Source: Vicugna vicugna (taxonomy: Eukaryota). Taken from it: a stretch of DNA of 64,000 nt. The notes beneath the pieces are model-generated. The model saw nothing but the letters and a program-made list of their open reading frames with translations. It had not been told where the DNA came from and ran no database searches. The stretch is from contig MU058478.1 of assembly GCA_013265495.1 (NCBI GenBank), forward strand, positions 452,032 through 516,031, in the 5' to 3' direction. Below, piece by piece: positions 34,583 through 47,609 of the stretch; within the stretch, counting starts at the first letter, position 1, and each line of letters opens with the position of its first letter. The translations under genes were made by a program, and so were the position numbers.

Positions 34583-37454
34583 GTAGAAACGGGGAAAAAA
34601 AAATATAGGTCTTATCCATTGAGTTGGTGAAGTAGAGGAAGTTGTCATATCAACTGCAAACCTCGGTTTCCTCAAGGTCACTCATATTTTGTGCATGTTT
34701 CCCGAACTTACGCACTTGTCATTTCACAGCACTTTGTGTGTATAAACTATTGAAATTAAATTTTTGACATATATACTCTATCATACATTTTTATATTCTA
34801 TTCCCATTTACCTAACTCAACATGTACATTGGAGCACTATTAGATCTCATAAATTATAATTCTGTAAGTAATGACTCACTTTAATTGCATTAATGAAATT
34901 TATATAATCGTGAGAAAACTCCCATATTTTATATCATTATAGAGTAAATGGAGCAATTTATTAATATTATTTAGAGCTTAGGAATAGAAAACACTTACAC
35001 GTTCATCAAAGCAGTATCAGTAAACTGTTATTTCACATAAATTTGGTTTGAAATCCAAATTAGCTACTCCAATAAATCATAAATGTGACATTAATTTGGA
35101 GACGTTTCAGAGCTGGGTCAGGTGGTTCTAATGGGGGTACTTCAATCACCCGGCTTCAGACGATCAAAACACTTCATTGGGACATGAAGTGGAGAAAACC
35201 TAATTTCACCCCGTGCACATGACTGTGAAATTTTCACCACTCTGGAAAAGCAATGGGAGGAACTGGGAGGAGCAAAAGTGTGTTCATTTACACGGAACAG
35301 TGACCTCACTGCGGTATCAGTATGTGTCCCTTCTTACGTTTTTCACTACACGATGAATTCAAGCTGCTTATAAAGCATGCAAAAGCTCTAAAAATAGAAA
35401 GAAAAACACAGTATCCATATTCCAACCACGAAAGGAGAATATATTTAAATATTTTGAGATACCACTTCATAAAATTTTGTTTTTCTATGTTTTTTTTTTC
35501 CTTTTTTCTTTTCCTTTGTATTAGTGGATAGTGGACAGGATACAACATTTTCTCCTTCTATGTGTGAGGCTGGATCTGGTTGCTTTTTATTTCGCTGTGT
35601 TCTGCCTATGTTAGTATAAGAATTTTCATAGTGTTAAATTTCTTTGGAAGTATTTGTATGTATCCTGAAAAAGTCCAGCCTACGTAAGGATAATAAATTA
35701 CTTAACAACAATATTTCCAGTGTTCAAAATCTGGGCTATTTACACACACACACACACACCCAAACATATGTACAAATACACATGTATGTGTGTGTGTATC
35801 TTTTCTTTGTTTTGGATTATTCATTTAATCCACTAAAAAGAAGAATAAACATTGATTCAGTGTCTTAAACAATTCTGATGGCTATTTTTATATGGCATTC
35901 CAAAAGTAGCTTTAACACTAGAAGAAGAGAAAAAAATTTCAGATAATCATTATTTCTCAGAATGTAATAGGACACAGATAAAATTTAAGATAATGAAGTT
36001 AATGGTCTTCAGGAAGCCTGTGCATTCTTTACAATCCACACAAATACTTCTTAGAAAGTATAATTTGATGGTAGGAGGAATACCTAAATTATATTTTTTA
36101 AAGAAGAAAATTATAAATATGCATCTCTTCTCGCCATCAGATGGAAATATTACCCAACCAAGAAAGATATGGGAACATACAAAAATGATAGATCATATGT
36201 GAATTATATTTAGATTTTTTTTAATCAAGAAGTTAGTCTAGAAGATCCTGGTGAATTGTCAAGTCCTCCCTGCACACGATGTACCACTATATGAGAGGCT
36301 TCTAATGTTGAATGTCACCGCAGGGCATCTTTCCAAGCTCAGCCTTCCAAGTTGGTTGAGTTATCTAGTTCCCTGAATTACATTGTTTGCTTCTGGACTG
36401 GACTTCTGGACTACCCTCCATCTGACTCTGTCCTACAGCTCTCCTTTTGGGGCAGGTCTCCACGATTTTACCCCGACTTCAGTTAACCTCTTGGACTTCA
36501 CTAATCTTTGGGGACATTCTGGGGAAGAGGACAGACATAAGTACTCATGAAATATAAAGGCTTTCTGCAGAGTTTCACTTCTAGCACGGGACCATGAGGA
36601 CGTTCACAGATCCAGTACCCAGGGGTACTGCTGAAAATTATAGAGGGGGATAAAACCTCTCTGGAAATGATCCTAATGTTATGCAGCAAAAGGAGAAGTT
36701 TTTTGTTTTGTTTTTTTAAGAAAATATTCTAGAAATCAGTAGAAGCAGTCTGTGGTATTTACTGCATGAACCATTTCTCTCTCTCTTGCCTCCCAGCTCA
36801 GCATAATAAAACTCCACTCCAGACACAGACAGCCAAGAACAAGCCCCAAGATTGCAGTCTCTTCCCAGGAGGGATGGGAGGTCAGCATTTCTCTTGCTGC
36901 TCCCAGCTTCCTGCTGCAAAGGGAAAGTGCTGGGTGAGAGGGACGCCTCCTTCTGCCTAGCCCCTTCTCGAAGGATGGAGAGCCAACTGGAGCACACTGC
37001 ACTGAGGACACTGGTGATGTGAATATTCACAGCCAGGCTCATAAGGTGAGGGTTTCATGCTGGGAGAAGCAAGCCAAGAAGACCTGAAGATATCGCCCTG
37101 CCCTCTGGCAATCAGATTCCAAAGCAAGGGTGTCACACAGAAGAATTCCACTGTCCCCAGCCTCAGCCCCAGCCGGGCTAGTATTTTGCATAGGGGGAGA
37201 AAAGCAGGCCATGAAAGAGAAAGATCCAAAGTTCTTCCCAAAGGGATTAACATTATTTGCAACAAAATGTGGAGAAGTCCAGCCTAAAGACACACTCAAA
37301 ATCAGTGGAGGATGCAGTGAGAACTAATTAACAGGAGGCTGGTAGAGTCATTAGAGAGAAGCTAAACCATCAGCCACAAGTTCACCAGAAAAAGACCTTG
37401 GAAACAGACAACTGGTAACTTTCCTGGGGTCACAGCAAATATCAGACACTGATG

Positions 37455-37634
37455 AGAGGAGAGTGCAGCTCATGTGGTAAATGCATGCTTAGCATGCACG
37501 AGATTCTGGGTTCAATTCCCAGGATCTCCATTTTCTAAAAAAAAATCTAATAATAAATAAATAAATAGACTGAATGACCTTCCCATCTCACCCCCCCCCA
37601 AAAAAAAAAATAAGTAATTAAAAAAACCAAAAAA
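37455..37634 (+). mobile_element. Vic-1-like SINE with TSD acactgatg
   Basis: gcatgcttagcatgcacgag..gggttcaattcccag; TSD at 37446-37454 and 37635-37643. Confidence 0.93.
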
Positions 37635-37649
37635 ACACTGATGGAAAAA

Positions 37650-40030
37650 TCTACCCTATAATGAAATCTGTTTTTAACAGGATGCTTCTGAGGAGCAATT
37701 TATGCCACACGACATTGTGGAGAAGAGCAAAGCAATCAGACGGTTGCTAATGAAGCTTGAAGTGTTATGGGAGAAACAATCAGAGAGGCTGCCCAAAATG
37801 CCGTCATCCGACGTACACTGGGCCCGGGGTGGAGGCGGCACCCCCTGGGGAGAAGCAACAGAAGATTCACACAGTGGGTGGAGGGGGAAGAACACGCCAT
37901 CACAATTATCCAACCACTCACTAAACAAATAAACCCCAAAATTACAGTAACGAGCCCTGAACGGTGCTGTATCCAGAGTCGTTACAATGTAATATCTCAC
38001 ATGTCCAGTTCCCAACAGAAACTCACGGGACAGGCGATGAAACATAAGTCTTAAAAGACATAGAAGAAAAATGACTCAGCACTTGGAAAGGAGTCCCAGT
38101 GAGACCGAACAAGTGACTCCTTAGTGGAAAAAACAAACATCTGAAGCTAGTAGGGACACACATTCGAATGTTTAAAGAACAAAAAATGACAACCCAGAAT
38201 CGCAGTTCCAGCAAAGTAACTCCGCTCCCAGGTTAGCAAAAATTGAGACACTTCTTGTGATGTGCTTGCGATTACAAGATGTGCTAAGTTTTTCAGGATC
38301 AAACTAAGGTCCTTCTGACAGCAGTTTGAATCCACATGAGAGACAAAGCATAATTACAGAATTATGAAACATAGCAATAAATGCCTATTTCTTCTCTGTC
38401 CTTTTCTTAACTGATTTGAAAAGCAATTCTATCCAACAGTATGCATATAATTTTGTTTTTCAGCCTGTAGCATTTAGGACATAATGTATTTGTCAATAAC
38501 AGAACAAAGGGGTCAAGTGCAAAGCCATTTGGGCAAAGTAAATGATGCAGGATGGTAGCTCGAATCCACAGAAACAAGCCAACAGAACCAGAATGGCTAA
38601 AAAAGAATGTCAGTATATCAAAACTATAAATAAATACTGGTTCTCTCTACTTTTCTCCGCCTCTTTAAAAAAATACATAAAGCAATAACTATAACAAGAA
38701 ATGTTTGGGTTAGTAATGTGTATGGTTGTAATAATGATTAAAAATACTGCCATGAAAGGAGAAACAGTGAGTTGAACTATATAAGAATAATGTCTACATT
38801 TGACTGGAATTGTTGGTATAAATCTGAATCAGATTCTGATATTAAGGTATATACGGCGAATCCTAAGATAACCACTAAGAAAATAACTAAAAACTCTGTA
38901 TATAGTGGGGAAAAATAAATCATGAAATACATTTAAATGTTACTTTAGAAAATATTCACTTAATGCAAAATCATGCAAAGAATAAAGAATAGAAAAACCA
39001 AAAAAGAAAGGCATAAGACATAAAGAAAACCTAAAGTAAAATGGTGGCTTTACGTACGATTACTCAATTATATCACTAAAAATATTGAATGTGAATGAAT
39101 TAATCAACCCAGCGAAAAAGGCAGAGCCTGTGAGACCTGATAGAAAAACAAACAAGATCCAAATATATGTTACGTACAGTGATTCCCTCTTGATTCAAAG
39201 ACACAAAGGCATTGAAAGCAAAAGGATGAAAAAAATATATATTATGCCAACAGCAATGACAAGAAAGCTGGAGTGGCTTAAACATACAAAGAGAAAAGAG
39301 ACATTAAAACAAAAATGAAGAATTTGGCAATTCAACAAAACTAAAAGGAGATTTAGACAGCTCACTGTCACTGTTAATAATGGATGTACATCTAAGCAGG
39401 ACTTCAACAAGGCGACACTACAAACCATTTAGTGCTGACCTGTCCACAGAGCATTCCACTTAACAATTATAGGTTTTCTATTTTTGTCAAACGTGTACAG
39501 GGCTTTTTCTTCAGGACGGACCATTTCTAGGGCATGAAACAAACTTAAATAAATATAAAATAATGACAAATACATTCTCAGATCACAAATACATAAAATC
39601 AGCAGTCAGTAATGGCAAGAAATTTGGGAAACTCACAAAAATGTAGAGGATGAAGCTCATAGTCTCAAAATGAGCATGGACCACAGGGGAAATCACAGAT
39701 GGAGTTAGAAACTTTGAGATGGGTAGGAATGAAGACACAAGTGGGATGGGTGTCCCTAAAGTGGTACGTTGAAGGATACAGACATATAGATGCCGAAATC
39801 CCACAGTGAAAAAGAAGCAGGATTTTAAATCAGCAATATGATTTTTTTTTAACCTTAAGACATTGGAAAAAGAATAGCAAACTCAACATACAGCATTCCA
39901 TGCAGAAGGTGAACATTGCCAAGATTTGAGTGGGATGCAGTGAAACAGAAAACAGAAAAACAGTAGAGAAATTCAATGAAACAAAAAGCTGACTTTGAAA
40001 CGCTCGACAAATGACAGCTCTTTTGTCTGA
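37650..40030 (+). mobile_element. Old L1 (L1MC/MD-like) 5'/ORF1 to ORF2 endonuclease remnant
   Basis: ORF 39085-39318 (NVNELINP..KRMKKIY..KLEW) is a frameshifted L1 endonuclease N-terminus; further ORF2-like sequence continues to about 40020; the element may extend left to about 36720. Confidence 0.75.
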
Positions 40031-40039
40031 TTAAAGATT

Positions 40040-40407
40040 CAAATTCTCAAGGCTCCGACCTTTAAGAGGATAACACTTTCCCGTTCATAAAAAGTTTAAA
40101 AAGTTGCAGAACAGAGACTAACACTTGTCTTGCAGGAGGTTTGCAGGGGCACCATGACCTGACCCAGGGGCACAGCTGCAAGAACAAAGGATTCTGACAC
40201 CAAGAAGTTTGCAACAACCAACCACGCTCCCTCCCCTTTTTAGCATAACAGGAGCCTGAATTCTGACTTGGGGAAGATGGTTCTATGGGACACTAGTCCC
40301 CCATCGTCTCAGTCGGCTGGCTTTCTGTTATTCCTTGTCCCAACACCTTGTCTCCTGGATTATTGGCTGGATATGCAGGAAGCAGAATGAGTTTGGACTT
40401 GGTAACA
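40040..40407 (+). mobile_element. ERV1-type LTR, 3' half
   Basis: Ends tttggacttggtaaca; overlaps in homology with the LTR 5' half at 44532-44820 (ctttaagag..taacactttccc.ttcat). Confidence 0.8.
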
Positions 40408-40711
40408 AACACTCAAAACAATGTTTCAGAAATCCAGGAGGGACCAGTGATTTTATTATCTAGAATATAGCGTCTTTGATTTAACACTAAGACCAAAGCA
40501 TTAATATGTAACCATTCAAGATAAATGTATTTCACACAGACACACACAGGTATCACACAAAGTAATGTAACAAATAGAATTAATTGAGCTGTGGTGACTG
40601 TGTCATTGCTGAAACGGTATGGCATTATAAAGGGTTTTTTTCCCCTACATTTTTTAGCACAGGGCCATCACGGACCACAGCTGCCAAAACTCATACAAGT
40701 GCATCTTCTTT

Positions 40712-40865
40712 ATTATTTTTTTTCCGTTTTCTATTTTATTTTTATTTTTTACATTTTTTATTGAGTTATAGTCATTTTACAATGTTGTATCAAATTCCAG
40801 TGCAGAACACAATTTTTCAGTTATGCATGAACATATATATATTCATTGTCGCATTTTTTTTTTTC
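40712..40865 (-). mobile_element. Severely 5'-truncated camelid-type L1 with a 17-bp TSD
   Basis: TSD acaagtg(c/t)atcttcttt at 40695-40711 and 40866-40882; T-rich tail plus antisense 3' UTR. Confidence 0.95.
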
Positions 40866-42499
40866 ACAAGTGTATCTTCTTTCATATACAGTAATGCTAC
40901 ATTCTGCCAATATTAAAGCAGGACTTTTGTTCCCAGGATTACTAATCAGAGTTCCACCTCAGAGATAAACGTTGTCTTAATTCTCTTCCAGAGGACTTAG
41001 TAAGGCTTTCTGAAAAGGAACCAGACGTATCATCTGGTTTGAAATTGCTCAGGCTGAAAGGAGCGATCTCTGATAACTTTAATCACATAATTTATGCTTC
41101 CCATTCTAGCGGTTGCTATGGAGAATTCAGAATCGGGTTCTTATGTTAAATATGGTGCTCTGCCACTAGGATCTAATTTGCATTTCAAAGACCCGTGGTC
41201 TGTCACTTCTCCACAAGTACCTTCAGCGATGACAGCTCTCAGGTGCTTTTCCCAGCATCTCTCAAATGCAGTCTACAGTTTTGGTCTAGGAAAACTGATT
41301 TCACATAAAACACTTGTTCTAAACTACCACTGGGAGCATTTATGTTTTATGTCTTTTTTTTTTTTAAGAAAGAGGTTATTTACAGCACTCACAGAAGTGA
41401 AGCACTGTCATTGACCCCCGTATCCAATGACTTCATTTCAATTCCGTTCCTGTTCTAATAATAAAAACCATCACTGTGCAGACAAATTGATAAAGCAGAA
41501 AGAACACCACGCTTGGAGGGAGATGACAGATCTCCTGTCTTTTTTATACCAGTTGCAGGTAGATATGCTTTTAGCTTCAAAACCTGAGATTATCCACTGA
41601 TAACGTGGGAGTAACACTCATTGCGTCAGACTCACAAGCATTTTGAGCGCTGCAAAGGGACTGCAGTAAAACGCTCATTTAAAGAGAAAGAAAGGTGTAA
41701 AGTTCCCGTAAACTCAGGGAGATTGAAGATTATATGAATATCTTAAAAAGAAAAAAAAATACAAGTCGAATGAGGGCATTGTCAGACCTCACCCTGGGAG
41801 CACCCTGGTTGACACTGACGAGTGATATTAAGTCCTTCTCTCAAAGCTTCTGCAAAAAATGGTTTTATTTCATCCCTGCACACTTGCTTGTGGCTCTAAG
41901 CATGAACACACGCGAGTCTCCTGCTGGGTTTTAAAATGCTTGGTATTTATGCTGAACAGAAATGAGCAGTAAGAGCTTTTCGTGCCGATCATGTACATAC
42001 TAAATTTTTTTTTAAAAAAATGACGCAGACATTGAAAGCTACAAAGATTTGATATTAATGCTTAAAATGTTGTAGCATCATTCATAAGCTCTTTTCTTTA
42101 ATAGAGTGGACTTAACTGATGGTACATGACAAGGCCCCTTCGTCGGGGGGTCTGGGATGGAAACTGTGGGGAGGCCGGGAGAGTCTCTGTGTGTTGGGGG
42201 ATCCCCAGGAGATGAGGGCCTCTCTCTTCCTCCCCTGCTCTGGCTGGGGCTGGTGGCCCAGGGGCTCTTAACTTCTTGGAAACAAAACTCTTTTTAATTA
42301 TGATTTTACTTTCATCTTAGACATAAACGGGCCACCATATTTGAGATTTAAAAGATGCGTGAGCTGTCCTTTACGAGTGAGATTTTTTTTCTAAAGAAAT
42401 GATTGTTCGTGTTGATGGTTCTAGCTCGATACGTTGTCCCCAGTTTAAAAACATAAGAGCAAAGTTCTACACCTGAAAAAGTGTAAGTCTCAACTAATA

Positions 42500-42673
42500 A
42501 GTCCTAGACGAGTGGGTATAGCATAAAGTCTGCAGTTAACAATACTGTATTGTATTGTAAAAATGACTATAGCTCAGTAAAAAAATGTTAAAAAAAAAAA
42601 AAAGATCAGTCATATTGTATTATGTGCTTTAAACACTTGCTAAGACTGCAGATCTTATGTTAAATGTTCTCAT

Positions 42674-42715
<42 letters not shown>

Positions 42716-42893
42716 TAATAATGATAAATGAAGAGGTCACAATAGAGCATTTGGAGGTGATGGATGTGTTTACGGTGTAGATTCTGATGCTGGTTTCTCC
42801 AGAGGATCTTTATCTCCAAACTCATATATTATTAAAGCTGCATGTATTAAATGTGTACATATTTTTGTATGTCAACTGTACCTCAATAAAGTG
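42500..42893 (+). mobile_element. L1MA-type 3' end containing a ~50-bp younger L1 tail (42555-42603) and a (CA)n tract
   Basis: gttaacaatactgtattgta..ttgctaaga..gatctta..tttggaggtgatggat..gtacctcaataaag; the insert matches the reverse complement of the L1 end near 40745-40782. Confidence 0.82.
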
Positions 42894-44049
42894 GATCCCA
42901 GCTCCCCCTTCCCCGGGGGAAGGAGGCATTTTTGTCCTTATTTAGTCTGGATCGGACATGTCATGGCCTCGGTGCATGATGGAGACTTCTGACCTGCAAG
43001 GCTAATGTTACTGAAATGAGGGCAGGATGAGCAAAAGGTTACATTTGGACACTGGAGATTCCTGCCTTTTCTCACCTTTCTTTGTTGGTCTCCAGGTTGC
43101 TCTTCACCCCAAAAGGTGTGACCACTTGTCAGCCCAGAGGTTCCTTCTTTTCTTTCTCTGCCCGGGTCCCCTGGTGCTCACATGATGTGTGGTTCCCTGC
43201 ATTTAGCCCGTGCCCCTCCTTTCTGCCCAATTCCTGCCATGTGGCCTGTGTGCCCCTTTCTCTGCTCATATCTAGCTGTCTGCCTGCTCTAACAAACTGA
43301 CTACACGTCAATAAAATTTTTTAAATAAATACCACTGCAAAGACTTGTGGGTCAATAATAAAATTTCTAACTTTCATCTCAGGAGTGGGGTGGACCGTAT
43401 CTGAAGTCGTGGTCACCATCTTGAGTTTCTGCATTTGTCTGTTTACCATGAACACTGGGCAAGACAGTACCAAGAGACACCAAATGAATCTACTGGGTGG
43501 CAAATATATCCCCCCTTATCTCCAACATCTTGCAAATTCAGCAGATGTTTAATTCACAAAGAGCAGTTAGATTATCTCACAGCCGGTCTCATAACGCAAA
43601 AGTTTCCCTGAATATAAGTAAGCCTGTAAAATGCTTTATTGCCACCGATGAAACCACCAAATACCTACTACCTTTTCATAATGGCTCTCCTTTGCTTTCC
43701 CTAAAACTGCGTGGGTAAATACACAAGGGACCTACACTGGGCTGCAAAACCAAGAGTGAAATTGAATGTAATCACGACTGGAGCCGGAAGACGATTGCAG
43801 GATGGATGGGGTGGGCTGGTGAGAAAAAAGACCTTCGTGTACATCACAGGGAAAGAGCGAGTGCCCAGTGGGGATTTTTTTCCCTCTTTATTCTTTCTGT
43901 TTTTGCTTTAAAAAAATTTATATAGAATGTGCTGTGTAAAAGTTCATCTCATGCTCTCGTGGAATACTCTATGGGTAGATTTCTGTAGACGGTGTTCTAG
44001 AGAACTTGTCCTGTTTGACGTAGCTCGGGGTGAAGATGGAATGTGCCTG

Positions 44050-44530
44050 GTGGCCCAGGAGAGCCGCTTTGAGCCCTGAGACCCTCTCCTGCCATCCTCG
44101 AAAGTCAAAGCTATTTTCATAATAACAATAAGACATGATTTGCCTTCTCACCCCTGTTCTTTGGGGAGGACGCAGTACGGGTCTCCGGGTGGCAGGTTAT
44201 CTCACAGCAGATTGAATTCAGAAGCAGATAGGAGACTCCAGCTAACCCAATATGAGCCACACACTAAAGAGGTACGCAAAAATGTGAAGCAAGTCTGCAC
44301 TTTCCCCTAATTTCTCTGTTTTAGAAACAAACTGTAGTAACGTTTTCACAAACCTGTTACTCTTGTTAACGTGAAACGGGCTATTAATGTGACTTACAAA
44401 GAAATTGGTAAGTAAAACTTTTAAAAATATTTCAGCAGTGATTTCTTATTTGGTAAATATGGAAAGATATAACACATCAGCAAAGTTTCGGGGTCCATGG
44501 TTATTTTAAGATCGTAAAAACGCCCTGAAA
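44050..44530. mobile_element. hAT-Charlie DNA transposon (Charlie1-like derivative)
   Basis: gtcaaagctattttcataataacaataagac, cagattgaattcagaagcagataggagactccagct, taaagag..gcaaaaatgt. Confidence 0.78.
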
Positions 44531-44700
44531 TGGTGACAGGGAACAAATCTGACTCCGTATTAGATCTGTTCCTTTAGCTCCAACCCTGGGCTCTGATTCC
44601 TTTAGGATTGTAAAGACGTCCTGAAATTCTAACAGGGAAGAATAAATCTGATTCCTTATCAGATCTGCTCCTTTGGCTCTAACCCTGTGCGCTGATTCCT
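44505..44700 (+). repeat. ~96-bp tandem duplication spanning the Charlie/LTR junction
   Basis: Copies start at 44505 and 44601; both end ctgattcct. Confidence 0.92.
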
Positions 44701-44820
44701 GTGCTGAGTCATGCTGGTTCTGCACCTTTTATAACAGAATGTCGCCTGAGCCTGAAACAGACAGGAGAGCCCATTCTCTGACTTTAAGAGTGTAACACTT
44801 TCCCATTCATGCAGAGATTA
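44532..44820 (+). mobile_element. ERV1-type LTR, 5' half (start duplicated)
   Basis: acagggaa(g)aa.aaatctgactcc.tattagatctg start; truncated against an L1. Confidence 0.75.
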
Positions 44821-45372
44821 TTACAAGATATTAAATGTAGTTCCCTGTGCTATGCAGGAGGTCCTTGTTGTTTATCTGTTTTATGTAGTAGTGTCTATCT
44901 GTTAATCCGAAACTCCTAATTTATCCCTCCCAAACCCCTTTCCCTTTTGATAACCATCATTTGTTTTCCATGCCTGTGACTGTAAATAAGTCCATTTGTA
45001 TAATTTTTTTTAGAGTCCACAAATAAGTATATCATATATTTTTCTTCCTCTGACTTATTTCACTTAGTATGATAATCTCTAGGTCCATCCACATTGCTGC
45101 AACTGGCAGTATCTCATCCTTTTTCACGGCTGAGTAATATTCCATTGTGTATATAGACCACATCTTTATTTCCCATGTATCTGTCAATGGACATTTAGGC
45201 TGTTTCCACGTCTTGGCTGTTCTACAGTACTTCTGTGAATATTGGGGTACATGTGTCTTTTTGAATTATATTTCCCTCTGAATATCTGCCCAGGAGTGGG
45301 ATTGCTGGATCATAGGGCAACTTTATTTGGGATTTTTTAAGGAACCTCCATACTGTTCTGCATAGTGGCTAG
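44821..45372 (-). mobile_element. Artiodactyl-type L1 3' UTR/ORF2 end, lacking the extreme 3' end
   Basis: Collinear with 57745-58312 in this window. Confidence 0.92.
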
Positions 45373-47609
45373 TAATTATGTTTTATTATTCATCTTTACC
45401 TCACTTCAAATCAAATAATATTTAGTCCCTAATATTACCAATAGATGTTGATGTACATGGACGTAGCAACAGTATCTCACAATGATATTTTAAACATTCT
45501 GTATGTGTGTATAGCTTACATATGACAAATGTTTTCTACTTGTTAATGCTCTATTTCTCATCAATTCTCTTTCACAAGTTTCAGAACCACACAACTTCAA
45601 GTTTGGCATATTGAGTCGGTTAATATTTCAATTTGAAAAGAAATGATTCTCTGTATTATTTGATTTCACAATGTATGGAAATGTCATTTTGGAAGTGCCA
45701 GCAAATTGCATCAGTTAACTTGCAATTGCGTGTCCCCAGAGAACTAACACAGAAGCCATAACTTCCACCAATATAATAGGAAAAAAGAAAAAAGATGTTT
45801 GGGGACCAGGAAAAAAAAAAATGGGAGAATTGCTTAAAAAAATTTAGCATAAGGCACCATCTACCTTGAAAGGGGTTTGATCATTTTATGGTCCAAAATG
45901 ATACAAAAGGTAGCTTGTGGGGATGTTTTGTGGCTGGACCATATTTATAATTTAACTAACCTTTGCTTTAAGAACAGATTTTCAACCTTTAACAAAAGAA
46001 GGTTTTCTTTATTATGTTTATAAAGAGGAAAGAACTCTTGCTCTGAGTCCCCAGAGATCCTTTGCCCTCATGTGCGCTCTCAAACAATAACTAGATGTTT
46101 ATTTACTTTTCTTCTGGATAACTCCTCTGTGTCCTCATTGGTATGCTAATTAAGCAAAGATTATTGATCACTATTTACAGTCTGTATATAAGAAAGGAGG
46201 GATAGATGTTAATGGGAAATATTCATGTTTGTCTTGCTTCCATTAAGAAAAGCGAAAAATTGCATATGGAAATAAGCTGACAAAAAATAAGAGAATTTCC
46301 AGCTTACAGAGCTTTTTGTTCATGAGTGTCCCCTCATCACTCATGACACTCTCCTCTGGGTGTGTTTGTTAAATGACAAGGTTACCATTGTTTATTTGCT
46401 AGAGAAGATTTCTTATGCCACGGCATGTAACTTTTTCTCTGTAGATGGCTTATAAAAAGAGAGGAAATAGTGTTTCATGATGATAAATCTCTTGAACTGG
46501 AGGAATTCTTCATCACAAAAGGAATATCCAAGAAATGTGATGCACTCTAGCATTTGACGAGGGAAAATTGTGTGACAGGCAATGCTTCAGTGGAGAGTTA
46601 TCCAGACTGTAGAGTGTGCGTTCCTTCCTGAGTTAAAACGTGACCCTGGGTAAAGTAAGGACATAAAAGAAAGTAGTGGATAGAAAAAAAAATCAGTGAC
46701 TTGATCTGTTCCCAGAAACACTGACAAATGCATCACATTTTTTTCAGTTGAACGAATCAAGAGTGACTAGAGTGTCAAAAACTGGATATAGACAGAATGA
46801 ATTAATTCCACATACACACGTTTGAGTTAATGTAACACAAGTTCACCTCCTTAATAATATTCTTTACATTTGTGTACACGTGTGGATTACAATGCTTTTA
46901 TCTTTATTTTTTTAATCAGAAGAAAGTAAAAAAAAATTTTAAAAATGGTGTCCTCACATCCAGGGTGTGAAGAGACGTAGTGAGATATGGGGAACCTCCA
47001 TGGCGTTCAAGTTTAAATTTAGTCCTGGGCCTTCTGAAAGGTCAAAATCAAAGATGTCATCTTCACACAGGACTATGATTCAAGGCAGAGATTAGAAAGG
47101 ACAATGCTCAGTAGGACTTTACACAGAACAACCCCTTCTTTCTGGGAAGGCCTTCACAGCATCGAATAACCAACATATGAGAGTCACTAGGTAGGAGCTG
47201 GGAGATAGCATTTACATTACTCTATATGTTTGTGATTTCTATATTTTATATATATATATATATATTTTTAATTTAGGATTTGCTTCTGAAAATATTCTGA
47301 TAGCCTTAAATTTATTTTAAGATATTATTTTAATGATTTACAATATTAATTATATAGATATATCTGAATGTGACTTTCCACCCATTCGGAACTGATAAAA
47401 AAAAATGTCATGTTCTAAAAAAAAATGCATTTCTTTATCCATATTTGTCTTTGTCTCTTATTATGTTCTCAGCAAAATGAACTAAGTAAGAAGATAAAAA
47501 AAAAATTAGAGCTTTTGAAATGCTTCTACAGATTGCTTTCCAGAGAGGAATATGCCACATTAACCCTTTTACCTGATTTAAGCACAGCGCATAGTCAGTT
47601 TCAGTAACC

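Noticed and set aside
43370..43455. Exon-like minus segment FMVNRQMQKLKMVTTTSDTVHPTPEMK
   Set aside because: Weak donor (gttaga) and no recognisable protein family
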